Source of the DNA: Mobula hypostoma
Lineage: Eukaryota
Assembly: GCF_963921235.1 (NCBI RefSeq)
Contig: NC_086109.1
Span: 37,326,001-37,390,000 of the forward strand
Length of the DNA: 64,000 bases
Reading direction: 5' to 3'
A model generated the notes under the pieces. That model was given only the letters and a program-made list of their open reading frames with translations. It had not been told where the DNA came from and ran no database searches. The position numbers and the translations under genes are program-made. Below, in pieces: positions 36,069 to 48,907 of the stretch; positions within the stretch are counted from its first letter, which is position 1, and every line of letters starts with the position of its first letter.

Positions 36069-37214
36069 ATACTCGCTAGGATGTTTGCTGGGTGTTTTGG
36101 AGAGTGGCAAACCTAGATTGCTGCGGAGACACTGAGGAAAAGGGAGTTTTCAGCAAGAAGAGAAACAAGATGGAGTGAAGATTGACGAAGCAAATAACCA
36201 GCAGAAACAAGACAAGCAGCAAATGGGGTTAAAATACAGGGAAATGTTAAAAGGGCAAAATGAAAAGTCCAAAATGTAAATCCATGCAGCATTCACAACA
36301 TGAGAGATGAATAAGTGACATAACTAAAGTAAATGCATATGATCTCATTGTCAGTATAGACATTTGATGATCAGAGCTGGGGAGGGAGTGTTTAAAAGTG
36401 TTCAACATTTAGAAAGGATAGACAAAAAAAGAATAAAAGGAGGTGGTGCAGAGTGATTAATAATGGATGAGATCCGTGAAAGAGTGAGACATTATCTCGG
36501 CTCAACAGGCCATCTTGTTGAATTAGAATCAATTTGGCTGGAGCTAAGATGTAGCAAAGGGCAGTTATTTTTAGGCCAACAAAATAATTATCATATTATT
36601 GGGGTTGGCTTTAATCAAAGTAACACAGTAATTACAGCAAATCTTAATTCACATAAATCCATGGAATGCAGAATGAGCCAGCTTTCCACATAAAGATGTT
36701 GAAGAACCAACTTGCGTAAAGGTCATTGTAAGCCTCATAATGTGTAAGGAGAAAGGATTCACTGATAATCTTGTGGTTAAAGGGACTTTCAGGGAAGAGT
36801 GATCATGATACGATAGAATTTCACACTGAGATTGAAAGTGATGAAAGATGGAAAAGGGTGGCTGTAGGGATTTATTTTCCTGGGATGAAGGGTCTAGACA
36901 CAGTCTGAGACGAGGAGAAATTTATTCACCCAGAGGATCTATGGAATTCTCTGTCACAGACTGCTGCGGAGGCATGAACATTGAGTTCATTCAAAATTGA
37001 CCTTGGTCATTTTCTGGACATTAATGGAATCAAAGGATATATCTATAAAGCCTAGATAGAAGATAAGCCACAATGTTGACGAGAACCTGCTGACCCTCTA
37101 CTATGCCTGATTCTGATGTTCTGATAAACAGCTCTTACACATTTTCCCACCAGCTGCAATGTGGTTGTAGAAAGCTGCTGAGTTTGATACTGACTGCTGA
37201 AAGTGGATTAGAAC

Positions 37215-37642
37215 ACATCTCATGTGAGGAGGAGTTGAAAAGGCTGGAGCTTTACTCTTTAGAGCGAAGGAGGATGAGAGGTGACTTGATGGAGGTGCAT
37301 TAGGCATAGATAGAGTGGACAGCCAGCACTTTTTTCCCAGGGCAGCTGGCACCGGCTAATATGAGAGAGCATACTTCTGAGGTGAGTGGAGGCAGGTTTT
37401 GGGGAGATGTCAGTGGTAGTTTGTTTATTTTTTACACACAGAATGGTGGGTACCTGGGGGTGGAGGTACAGCAAGATAGATTAGGGACTAATAAAGACTC
37501 TTAGATAGGCACATGGATGATAGAAAAATGGAGAGCTATGTGGGAGGGAAGGGTTAGTTCAATCTTAGCGTAGGTTAAAAGGTCGGCACAACATTGTGGA
37601 CTGAAGACCCTGCTCTGTGCTGTAACGTTCTATGTTCTATGA
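37215..37642 (+). mobile_element. CR1 3' end
   Basis: EEELKRLELYSLERRRMRGDLMEV; tail gttctatgttctatg. Confidence 0.88.
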
Positions 37643-37959
37643 GTTATAGTGGAGGTGAGTGCAGGTGGCTTTCCCGTCATCCATCAGAAACCATGGTCCA
37701 CGAACCCCAAAAAGAAACAGCAGGAGCCTAGGCTGGCTGACAGGAATTAAGAGTACTGGAGCAGTGGCAATAGTGAAATCACCTTAAGAGGACAGCTAAC
37801 AAGTCACATTCACCTGGCTACCAGCTTCTTAAGGCAACAGACGAGTCATGGCTCTGGAGTGAGAATGGAGCTAAAGTTCCCACTCTCATTCACTTTGGCT
37901 TTCAATTTTTGAGCAACATATGGCTCACTGCAGAGCTCTATGGCTTTGAATATCCATTC

Positions 37960-38220
37960 CCTTCTACAGATGCTGCCAGGCTCATTAATTTCTTCCAGTA
38001 CCTTGATGCAAAACAAATGAACTGCTGACGGAACTGCACACACGATGCTAGGAAAAAGTCAATGAGTCAGGAAGCATCTGTGGAGGGAAATGGATATTCA
38101 ACATTTAAGGTTGAAACACTTCATCTGGACTCAGCTATGGAGAGCTATGGTCTTTCAGGTCGAGACCTTTATCTGGATGACCATTTGATGCTGCACTACC
38201 CATTTGGTTCCTCCAGCATG
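37960..38220. mobile_element. Cluster of decayed Penelope-terminal pieces
   Basis: acagatgctgcc, gcatctgtggaggg, tttcaggtcgagacc, ttcctccagca. Confidence 0.55.
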
Positions 38221-38239
38221 ACTTTCTCATGCTGTCATT

Positions 38240-38620
38240 GTACCTGTGTCCGCCACTTCCACTGGCAGCTCAATCCCTACACTCACCATCCTCTGTGTGA
38301 AAAATTTGCCTTTCAGGTCCCCTTCAGGCCTATTCACTCTCACCTTAAATCTATGTGCTGTAGTTTTAGGCTCCCCTACCCTGGGGACAAATTGTGGCTA
38401 TTTACCTTATGTATGTCCTTCATGAATTTATATACCCCTTTATAAGGTCGGCCCTCAGCCTCCAACATTCCAAGGGAAAAAACATCAAAGTTTTCCAGTC
38501 TCACCTTATAAATCAAACCCTCCAGTACCAATAGCATCCCTATGAAATGTTCTGCACCCTTTCTAGCTTAATGACATTGTTCCTAGAGCTGGGTATCCAG
38601 TACTCCAATTATGGTCACTC
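38240..38620 (-). mobile_element. CR1 3' fragment
   Basis: ctcaccatcctctgtgtgaaaaa...tctgcacccttt...tactccaa pattern shared with other CR1 copies. Confidence 0.75.
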
Positions 38621-39088
38621 CAGGTTTAATGATATTGTCACTGAAGTTGGTCATGCACTTGGGTCTATGAAACTTCCTGCAGTGCTTATAATAAGAGATC
38701 CACTCCTGCCACTCGTTGCATGTGATGTCCAACATCTACCACTTAGCAAAAGCTTTGACGATCTCTTTGCTTGCAGTGGGAAGCCAACTATTTGCCTTTT
38801 CATCACCTCATTTAACCAAGTCTGCCATCCCTGTTTTCTATTTTGGTGAGGAAGACCTATCCACTCTTGCATTGTCCAGTCATAACTTCTACCATCCTCC
38901 TAAAGCAATGAAATGACCTCCACTACAGATAGCAGACAATGAGTATTTTTTTATTTAGAAAAGCTCTCCAAAAATCTGATTAGTGCTAATTGTCCATAGA
39001 ATTGATCATCATGAGATGCAGGCACAGATTCTGAGTGTGGCCTGCATCATTTCAAAGGCACATCACAACCCTGGCACAAGTTATCTGA

Positions 39089-40316
39089 AGCAACACAAAC
39101 AAGATGCTGGAGGAACATAACAGGTCAGTTCAGGCAGCATCCATGGAAATGAATAAACAGTCAACGTTTTGGGCTGAGACCCTTCTTCAGGACTGGAAAT
39201 GAAAGGGGAAGACTCCAGAATGAAAAGGTAGCGGTGGGGGAGGTTAGCTAGAAGATGATAGGTGAAGCCAGGTGGGTAGGAAAGGTAAAGGGCTGGAGAG
39301 GAAAGAATCTGATAGGAGAGCAGAGTGGACCATAGGAGAAAGGAAAGGAGAAGGGGCTGCAGGGGGAGGTGACAGGTGAGTGAGAAGATGTTAGAGACCA
39401 GAGTAGGGAATAGAGGCAGAAGGGAGGGGAAGGGAATTTTTTTACCTGAAGGAGAAATTGATATTCATGCCATCAGGTTGGAGGCTTTCCAGATGGATCA
39501 TAAGATGTTGCTCCTCCACCCTGAGGGTGACCTCATCTAGGCACACATGACCATGGCCTGACATATCGGAATGGGAACGGGAGTCAGGATTAAAATGTTT
39601 GGCCACCGGGAACCACTTTTGGTGGAAGGAGTGGAGGCGCTCAATGAAGCAGGCCCCCAATTTACGACGCATCTCACCAATGTAGAGGAGTACACAATAG
39701 AAGATCCCTGCAGACTCCTCGCGGTGAAACGTTAACTAACCCGGAATGACTTGTTTGGGCCCCAGTGGAGGTGAGGGAGAAGGTGAATGGGAAGGAGTAG
39801 CACACTGGCCACTTGCAGGGAAGGAGGTTAGTGGGGAGGGATGAACAGACCAGAGAATCCTGGAGGGAGTGATCCCTGTAGAAAACAGAGAGGGGTGGGT
39901 AGGTTTGGTGGTAGGATCCCTTTAGAGATAGCAGAAGTTGCGGCGAATGACGTGTGGGATGGTAGGTAAGGACAAGAGAAACTCTATCACTGTTAAGGCG
40001 GTGGGACGATGAGGTGAGCACGGATGTTTGGCTAATGGAGGAGATGCAGGTGAGAGCAGCATCAATGCAGGAGGAAGGGAATCCCTGTCCTTCCAAGAAG
40101 GAGGACATCAAGAAAAATCTCATCATGAGAACAGATGCAGTGGGGACAAACGAACTGAGAAAAGGGAATAGTATTTTTATAGGAGACAGGGTGGGAAGAG
40201 GTGTAGTCAATATAACCATGGGAATCGGTAGGTTTATAAAAGATATCAGTCGACAGTTTGTCTCAAGGAATGGAGACACAGAGATCAAGAAAGGGGAGGA
40301 TGGTGTCAGAAATGGC
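39089..40316 (-). mobile_element. Penelope-like element, 3' portion (RT thumb, GIY-YIG remnant, terminal repeat)
   Basis: Remnants IFYKPTDSHGYIDY, IPFSQF, LVLTYHP and RKLGACFIERL...VAKHFN...EEQHLMIHLESLQPDGMNINFS. Decayed hammerhead at 39158-39195. Candidate TSD caagttatctga (39077-39088) / caagttctctga (40317-40328). Confidence 0.88.
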
Positions 40317-40879
40317 CAAGTTCTCTGAGTTATCTTATTTATTTTGCAGGATTTTTTTAACCTCAAGCATTACTTGAAACTTATTATCTACTTCTCAGGT
40401 TAATTTAAAAATATTCAGCAGTGAGACCATCTAATTCCTAGTTTGTGCGATTTGCTGCTTTCAATGGTCTTAAAGAGCTGAATTAACATGATTTGATAAT
40501 ATCACGGACACAATCCTTTGGCTTCATCTGAACACACAAAATTGCACTTCTCTTGTAGTGCAATCAGAACTCATTAATCCTTCCAAGCCATTTGCAATGA
40601 TTTCTGCACTGGTATTACTTTAGCTAAAATTAACAATAGAATCCAGTGGCAAGAAAAAAAGATTACTAAAGTTTATTAAGATTCATTCTAGCTGTTGAGA
40701 AAATTAATTCCATCCAATGGACCATTACAGTAGGAGATGACTCTCGTGAAGCTCAGTTTAAATGCAGCATTTCACAATGCCATTTTTTCTTAGTTTTTGA
40801 TGATTTACAAATTAAGTACAGTTTTGTTTCTTAATGGATAACTACACTCACAACAACTCTGAAGTGATTCTATAACATG

Positions 40880-41112
40880 CAGACATATTTTCAAGGACTC
40901 TTTACAACTCATGTTCTTAGTATTTTTTTTGTATTTATTGGCACCAATTATCATCTTTTGTACATTGGTTGTTTGTCAGTCTTCGTTTAGTTTTTTTTGT
41001 AAATTCTATTGTATTTCTTTATTTCCTGGAACTGCCTGCAAGAGAATTAATTTCACCGAGAAGTATTTGTAATGTGTGTGTGCTTTGAAAATATTTATAA
41101 TTTACTTTGAAT
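40880..41112 (+). mobile_element. Rex1/Babar 3' UTR fragment
   Basis: ttcaaggactctttacaactcatgttc...tttactttgaa, similar to 62830-63083. Confidence 0.7.
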
Positions 41113-41424
41113 TTGGCTTTAAAAGGGACAGTAAGATAAAATCATCCCCGGTTAAGAGACACCTCAAGACAAAGTGGCATAGAGGCTAAAAATGTGTAAA
41201 CACAAAACGAAAATAGTGTTTTAAGAACTTACTGCAAAATTCTGAAACAAAATATTACTACATTAAAGAAATAATTAATTGATATACCTGTAGTGGGCAT
41301 AACATAAAAGTGAAACTTAGAAAGAGGACTGTAACTATCTAAGATGCCGAAATACCTATAACAATGCAATGGATAAATGTAGTATTAATATTTGCTCAAA
41401 ATTTAAAATTTATTTATGTTTTAA

Positions 41425-41675
41425 ATTTATAAATACAGCATGGTAACAGGCCCTTCTAGCTCAACAAACTCGTACCACACAAATACATCCATGTGACTGA
41501 TTAACCTACTAACCAGCATGTCTTTGGAATGTGAGAGGAAACCAGAGGACCCGGAGGAAACCCACATGATCACGGGGAGAATGTACAAACTCCTTACAGT
41601 GAGTGGTGGAATTTAACCTGGGTTGCTGGCACTGTAGTAGCATTATGCTAGCTGCTACACTACTGCACCGCTCCA
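41425..41675 (-). mobile_element. Near full-length tRNA-derived V-SINE/HE1-like SINE with CR1-type tail
   Basis: Revcomp has an A-box-like tagtgtagcag, a B-box-like ggttaaattcc, core ttctccccgtgatcatgtgggtttcctccggg and tail agaagggcctgttaccatgctgtat. Confidence 0.85.
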
Positions 41676-42974
41676 ATTAAACATTCATATCTAGATAAAG
41701 ATTACAAAGCAATAATGAAAACCTTGCTTCATTGATTTTGATAGTAAAAACACCATCTGATTGATAGATCACTGCATATGAAGACACTTGAGAAAGCTTG
41801 CAGAAAAATTGAGTAGAAGATCAACAGCAGGGCAATAATATTAACACCAGTATAAAAATAGAGCACTTCTTATGGGAGAAATGCAGTTAACTTTCCCTCA
41901 GTTCTAAGATGCAGAGCATGCTGGGGGTATACAGAACAGTACATATGTCTGTAGTAGGTTGGAGACCAAGACTGTGCAGTTAACATAACCATCCTTGGTT
42001 ATATCTAATCATCTGATCACAGACAGTTAGTGAGGGAAAAGCAAATATCATGCTAGAATTATGAAATGCAGGGTATTACACAGTAGTTTCTGAAAATCAG
42101 AAACAAAAGAGAATGCTGAAAATACTCAGTGAATCAGATAACATCTGTGGAGAAAGAAAAATCAAATCAATGCCACACATGAATGAGCTGACATCAGAAC
42201 TGGCCAACTTTCGCACAAACAAGACATTGGGATCCCTGGAATTGTGGAATTCAATATTGACTACAATGTACTCTGAATTGAAATAACAAATGGTGCTGTC
42301 TCTTGAGCTCACATTGGGCAACACTGTAACAGTGCAGGAGACTAAAGGCAGAAAGATTAGAGTGGGAAAAGACTGGAGAATTAGAATGACAGTTTTGAAC
42401 TCCAGTGAACTTTCTGAGCTCAAAGATAGCAGTTCAAGTAAATAGGCATAATGCTCCTGTTACATACAATTAGAATATAGTGAAGAACTCTAGCAAACAC
42501 ACTTTAGGAAAATATATCATCTATTGAAGGAATGTTTTTTTCTACAACTTTTCTTCAAAATCATACTCCAATTCCAGGAGTTAAAATGCTAAACGTGCTG
42601 CACTTCTCTAGAATTTACAGGAAGGTAGGTTAAAGTGACATATTTGAAATTTTCAGGATATCACGGGTAACTATTAATAGGCTCAGGGAGAAACTATTGC
42701 TACCGTTTGAGAATTCTAGTACTGTGAGGAATGAACCAAATATCAAGCATACCAGGAGTGAAGATAACAAAACCTACAGTATATATATAGGATGGTAGAA
42801 ATGTAGAATTTTCTTCTTAAAGAATAAAACACACTAAGATAATTCAAAATGATAAACTGGAATTTCATAGATTTAACCAAAATTATTTAATAAAAGTGAG
42901 CGAACATCATGCTCTCCTGGAGAATAGCCACAGATCCACCATGATCTCATTGAAAGCTGGAAGAAACCTGAGGT

Positions 42975-44900
42975 ACAAAGTTCAAATTTATTATCAAAGT
43001 ACATATATGTCACCATATACTACCCTGAGGTTCATTTTCTTTTGGGCATTCTCAATAAATACAAAGAAATACAATAAAAACTATGGAAAAACTGCATACA
43101 AAGACAAACAAACAGCCTATACGCAAAAGACAACAAATAAGTACAAATACAAAAAGAAAGTGAAAATCATAATAATAGATAAATAAGTAATAAGTGAAAT
43201 TGAGAACAGGATTGTAGTCCTTCAAAGTGGGATCAGTCCTGGAAAGCATCATAGATTGTGGTATCAGGGTGAGTGAGCTTATCCACTTTTGTTCAGGAGC
43301 CTTATGGTTGAGGGATACATAACTGAAACTGGTGTTATGGGGTGTGAGGCTCCTGTACCTCCTTCCTGAGGTCAACAGTGAGAAGCGAGCATAGCCTGGA
43401 TGGTGGGCATCATTAATGATGGATGCCACCATCTTGCGGCAGCGTCCATTGTAAATGTGGTCAATGGTGGGGAGGGCTGGGCCTGTGAAAGACTGGGCTG
43501 AGTTCACTACCTTTTCCATCCAAAGGTATTGGAGTTTCCGTACCAGGCTGTGACGCAGCCAGTTAGTATACTGTCAATTGTGCAACTATACAAGTCCATC
43601 AAAGATTTAGTTGACATGCCAAAACTTCACAATCTTTCAAGATGTACAATTGAAGCCTGCTTGAGACAGGTGGGTACCTCAGACTAGCGAAGGCCTCCAT
43701 GTTAGGTCAATCAAAGCGAGCATAAAGACATAGAGCTCATCTGGGAGTGAAACCTTTCGCCACATATGGTCCTTGATATTACTCCATAGGAGGTAATAGC
43801 TTCAATCCCTGTCACACCTGTAAAACAAATTCCAAATTTGGTCCAGAATTGGCAACTCACAAGTGAGGTGGCTTTCTGGAGGTCATACCTGGACTTCTTG
43901 TACTTTCCTTGGTGGCTAGACCCGAATGCTGCCAATCTCACCCTCAGCAGATTGCAAATCTCTTGCTTGATCCAAGGCTTCTGGTTGGGGAAGACTCTGA
44001 ATTTTTTTGTGGGGACACGGTCGTCCATGAGTGTCTTTATAAAGTCTGTGACAGATCATCTGATGAGTCCTTAAACAAGGCATAGTCCACTGACCTGAAG
44101 CAATCCCATAGCCACTCTTCTGTCCCTTGCAACCACCTCTTTGTTGCCCTTACCTCTGATGCCTTTCTCTTTAGCCTCTACCTGCATGCCAGTAGAAGAA
44201 CAGCCAGATGATTAGACTTCCTGAAATGAAGTCTAGGGATGGAACGGTAGGCATTTCTTATGGTAGAATAGCAGAGGCCAAGTGTATTGATGCCCCTAGT
44301 CCTACAGATGATATGATGATAATCGGGCAGAGAATTCTTCAAGCAAGCCTAATTGAAGTCCCCACCAATTTTGTGAAAAGTGTTGGGATAGGCTGTTTTT
44401 TGTTTTCTAACTGCGGCATTCATACATCAAGTGCTTGCTTAACATCTACCTTTGGTGGTGTGTAAACTGTGGTTGGAATCACGACGGAGAACTCTCCCTG
44501 TAAATAGAATGGACAACCCTTAATCATCAAATATCCAGGTCGAGAGAACAGAGTGTGACAAGAACTCTATAAAAAAGCACCATGAAAATTTTATCATTAA
44601 ATACAAACCCCCAACTTTTGCCCTCCCCAAATGTTCTGCAGATTGATCCATCTGGTAGATCAAGAACCCCTTGGGCATGACTATTGTAACTGGCGTGCTT
44701 TGAATGAGCCATGTCTCAGTGAAACAGAGAATGCAGCAATCCCTCATTTCCCTCCAATACAGCAATCTTTCCCTTAAGTCCTCTATCCTGTTCTCCAAGA
44801 TACTGGATAGAGGAAATTTTCCAGTCTGACATTTTAGTTTGGTTTGAACTCCTCCTGCTGACCTCTCTTCCAGCTGAACTTTGTTCATTTAAAGGTGCCA
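42975..44900 (-). mobile_element. Rex1/Babar LINE with RT deleted (endonuclease joined to 3' end)
   Basis: LENRIEDLRERLLYWREMRDCCILCFTETWL, VFPNQKPWI, HPGYARFSLLTSGRRYRSL. Tail caaagttcaaatttattatc. Confidence 0.88.
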
Positions 44901-45319
44901 CAAAAATCTCTATGTCCTTCAGGGGATCTTAAAATTGCTATTTTATTTAGACAGTTCAAAAGTATGTTCCCTCTGTTCAACTCAATGGGAATAGAGGTAT
45001 CCATCGGAAGAAGTGTCTTGGCCTGAAACATCAGCTGTTTGAGCAATATTTAGATGATCATTTTGTACTTATTCGAACATGAAATATTATTGATATTTTC
45101 AAAAGGTTTGAAGGGATAACCAGCAGCATACTTCAATAAAACTAATTCTCCTCAACCTATAATCTGACCACAACCAAATACCATATTTACAGTTTAACAG
45201 GCTCACTGATGGAGAAATTTCTGGGAGGATGATATTGGAATATTTCACCAAGAATAATTCACAGAACTGGTAAATTATCAATTTAAATAATATGCATAAA
45301 TGATGCATTCAGACTGGAA

Positions 45320-45412
45320 TCACACACAAAATGCAGGAGGAACTCAACAGGCCAGGCAGGATCTACAGAAAAGAGTACAGTCAATGTTTTGGGCTGAGAC
45401 ACTTCAGCAGAA
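45320..45412 (-). mobile_element. Penelope-terminal fragment
   Basis: cacacaaaatgcaggaggaactcaacaggccaggcag...gtttt gggctgagacacttcagcag. Confidence 0.75.
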
Positions 45413-46084
45413 ATGTGTTCCTGTAAAATTCCTCAAATTTTCAGTTGGAGCTGCTGAATAAGTTGTGATACATGTTAGTAAAAGAAGCAATTGGAAGCAC
45501 AAAATACACAGCATATAAAACATCAGTATAATAGCATACAGAATATTACATAAATGTTCAAAATTTGTCCTTAGATAAAAACACTAAACTGTGTATTCCA
45601 TTCCAAAATTCAGTTCCAATACAACTGAAAGAGAGGATATCAATCTCCCACTCCACATTGTATGTTTACCACAAAGCACTGCGGAGAAATGTCTCCCTTA
45701 GCTGAGAACTGTGGGATATCTGGCCATGTAAGTTGTTTGAACAATTGCAGTTAATTAAAATGTTGCCAAAGTATAGTCTTAAGAGTCATTTTCAAGAATC
45801 TCGATTTAAAATTTCTGTCTGCTTTTGTGGCAAAGACAGCTGCTTCCTAAATTGCTGTCAGTGAAATAATAAGAATAAATAGAGTCCATTTGGATAAACA
45901 TCATTTTAAGCATTGGTGCCATCCTGTAGATTTTGACATATGTTCATTCCATCTGTCAGTTGCTGCTTTAATGAAGATTTTTTAAATTATTTAAGGTATT
46001 TTATTGCCTTTGCCAGCAGCTATGATTTTGATGACAATAGTGATTACATTATTTTGAGCAGAAAGAGGATAGCTCATTGATTTC

Positions 46085-46860
46085 ATATGACTATTTTCTA
46101 AAAGGAAAGAAAATCCAGGAATCGGAGATGCAGATGGACCTGAGAGTCTTTGTGCAGTACATCCTGAAGGCTAACTTGCATGTTGAATCGGTGGTGAGGA
46201 AGGTAAATGCCATGTTAGCATCCATTTTAAGAAGTCTAAAATACAAGAGGAAGGATGTGATGCTGAGGCTTTATAAGGCACTGGTGAGGCCTCACCTTGA
46301 GCATTATTAACAGTTTTGGGCCGCTCATCTTAGAAAAGATGTGCTGGCATTGGAGAGAGTCCAGAGGAGGTTCACGAGGATGATTCCAGGAATGAAAGGG
46401 TTACCATACAAGGAACATTTGATGGCTCTGGGTCTATACTCATTGGAATTCATGGGGGGAATCTCATTGAAACCTTTTGAATGTTGAAAGACATAGACAG
46501 AGTAGATGTGGAAAGCATGTTTCCCATGGTGGGAGAGTCTAGCACAAGAGGGCACAGCCTCAATAGAGGGGCACCCTTTCAAAACAGAGATGCCGAGAAA
46601 TTTCTTTAGCCAAAAGGTGGTGAATTTGTAGAATTTGTTGCCATATGCAGCTGTGGAGATCAGGTCATTGGGTGCATTTAAGGCAAAGATTGATAGTTTC
46701 TTGATTGGACATGACATCAAAGGTTACGGGGGAAGGCCAGGAACTGGAGTTGAGGAGGAGATTTTAAAAAAGGATCAGCCATGATTGAATGGCGGAGCAG
46801 ACTCAATGGGCCAGATGCTGCTATGTCTAATTCTGCTCCTGTCTTATAGACTTATGGACT
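46085..46860 (+). mobile_element. CR1 3' fragment
   Basis: VMLRLYKALVRPHLEH; tail tcttatagacttatgg. Confidence 0.9.
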
Positions 46861-46887
46861 TGAGCATCAATCATAGATCTATCACAA

Positions 46888-47051
46888 ACATGAGGAAATC
46901 TGCAGATGCTGGAATTTCAAGCAGCACACATAAAAGTTGCTGGTGAGCGCAGCAGGCTTTACAAAGGGTCTCGGCCCAAAACGTCGACTGTACCTCTTCC
47001 TAGAGATGCTGCCTGGCCTGCTGCGTTCACCAACAACTCTTATGTGTGTTG
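46888..47051. mobile_element. Palindromic Penelope-terminal mini-element
   Basis: Arms gttgctggtgagcgcagcaggc / gcctgctgcgttcaccaacaac. Perfect 15-bp direct repeat atagatctatcacaa (46873-46887, 47052-47066). Confidence 0.88.
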
Positions 47052-47427
47052 ATAGATCTATCACAACTGTGCCATTGCTCACACCATCACTTTTGGCCAA
47101 TCTGAACTGCTAAAACTGTAATGCTTTCAAACTACAGCAACATAACACCTTTGTAAGTTGCATTATATTATTGCAACATGACCAATAAATGCATGCATAT
47201 GAAAGCATGTTACCATTGTAATGAAGATTTATTTTTAAAAAGAAAAAAACCTCCATTGGAATGTTATAGGACACTGAGCGTTACAGCACAGCACAGGCAT
47301 CTTGGCCTACCATGCTGTGCCGAACTTTTAACCTAGATCTATCTAATGTAGGTGATCTAAAATACTGTGTCTGGACATAAATCTAATACTTGTTTGTGCA
47401 GACATATTAGAAATGTGTGCAGCTCTC

Positions 47428-47790
47428 TCAAAATGCTGGAGGAGTTCAGCAGGCCAGGCAGCATCTATGGAAAAGAGATGCCTTGCAGGCCGAGACCCTT
47501 CATCGGGACTGGTATCCTCCTTTTTCTCTGTTTTCTTTGCTGCAGATTCAGACTGTAGCTCCGCAAATCCTTGCACAACACAATGCAGAATGAGGTCATG
47601 GGCCTATCAGGCCCACAGAACAATGCCTTCAACAGCCCAGTAACTCAATTCTTCTTACCTGCCAATCAACTTCCCTTTCAATTGACTGTTTACTCTTTTC
47701 CATAGATGCTGCCTGGCCTGTTGAGTTCCTCCAGCATTTTGTGTGTGTTGTTTGGGATTCCAGCATCTGCAGATTTTCCCTTGTTTGTGA
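47428..47790. mobile_element. Inverted Penelope-terminal arms around a ~170-bp unrelated spacer
   Basis: aaaatgctggaggagttcagcaggccaggcagcatctatggaaaagag ... ctcttttccatagatgctgcctggcctgttgagttcctccagcatttt. Confidence 0.8.
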
Positions 47791-48369
47791 AATGGGTTAT
47801 CGGGTGAATCACTGATTTCATTGCTTATATAAATAACCAGTGCAGCAAATCAATTTCCTTAATCCATAGTATACATACAATATTCTTTGTTTCAACTGAG
47901 ATTTGTACGTGAAAGTTCAAGGCCCATAGTGCATCATAGTGAAGGCAAACTCAAAGGTTAAGAACAGGAGTGAAGGCAAGATAAATTATTAAGATGGTGT
48001 AGGACCTGAAAGATTATTTGACAGGTGACAAACTATTTCTGAGTTTATGAATAAATTATTCGATCACATCTCTTCAAGTCTGTGAATTCACTAAAGCACC
48101 TGTCAAAGCCATTTTTTCCACACTTCCCAAATTTCAATTCAGCTGGTCGACATAGAAATACAAAAGGCAAGTTTAAATCATCCACTTCTAACGCAAGTAC
48201 TGAAAAGTCCAGCTCATTTTTTGCATTCCCCTCTCAATAAGTTCTCAAGAACCATTTTCCACATCTTAACATCCTTACTAATAAATGCTCTGACATGGCC
48301 CATAAATATTTCAGTCATGTTTGTAGACTATCAAATTAAACTTCCATGTTGTTAAGTAACAATTATATG

Positions 48370-48907
48370 TGTAACACGCTGTAAGGTTTCACAGCTAATG
48401 TAGTGGCCTCTCTGTAATGTTTCACTGCTAAGGCTAAGGTAATGGTTTCTCTGTAGCAGTAATGTTGGGGTTATGACTAGAGATAATGGGGTATGTTAGC
48501 CAATGAGCGGGATGTTGTTCTTTCTTGTGTGTCTGGGAGCAGGGATATCGCGGTCTTTTGTTGGGGAGCGATGAAGAGGGAGGACGCGAATGGAGAGAGT
48601 TGGTATACCGTCGGACAGAGTGGACTGAAGAACAAAGGTCGGCTATGCTTGGAGGAGGTTGACAGGAACAAATGGACGACACTGTGAGCTCCAACATTTG
48701 CGCAATAGACTGTTTCATGAGAATGGGCCCTTTTGTTTTTTTTGTTCCTTTACTAACCATGTAGTCAAATTAAGAATTATAAAGCTCAATCGTTTAATCG
48801 CATATTGTGTACTGTTTGTAATTTCATGGTACTGAGATTTCTTAAGCTTGGCTGGGCCGGGGGCTATTGTCCCGTAGATTAAGCCGCTAGCTGAACTGAG
48901 GGTTACA
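48370..48907 (+). repeat. 5' LTR
   Basis: Direct repeat of 52960-53553 with TG...CA termini. Confidence 0.93.

Larger units (their letters stand above)
34850..37115 (+). mobile_element. Old, deleted CR1 (ORF1 SGNH-esterase remnant, ORF2 endonuclease, 3' end) carrying three younger insertions
   Basis: aataatgacataggtagaaaa (NDIGRK) and atctcaggattac (ISGL) in ORF1. Endonuclease remnants at 36275-36840 (ESIWLELR, SDH..IEF). 3' piece at 36900-37115. Confidence 0.65.
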
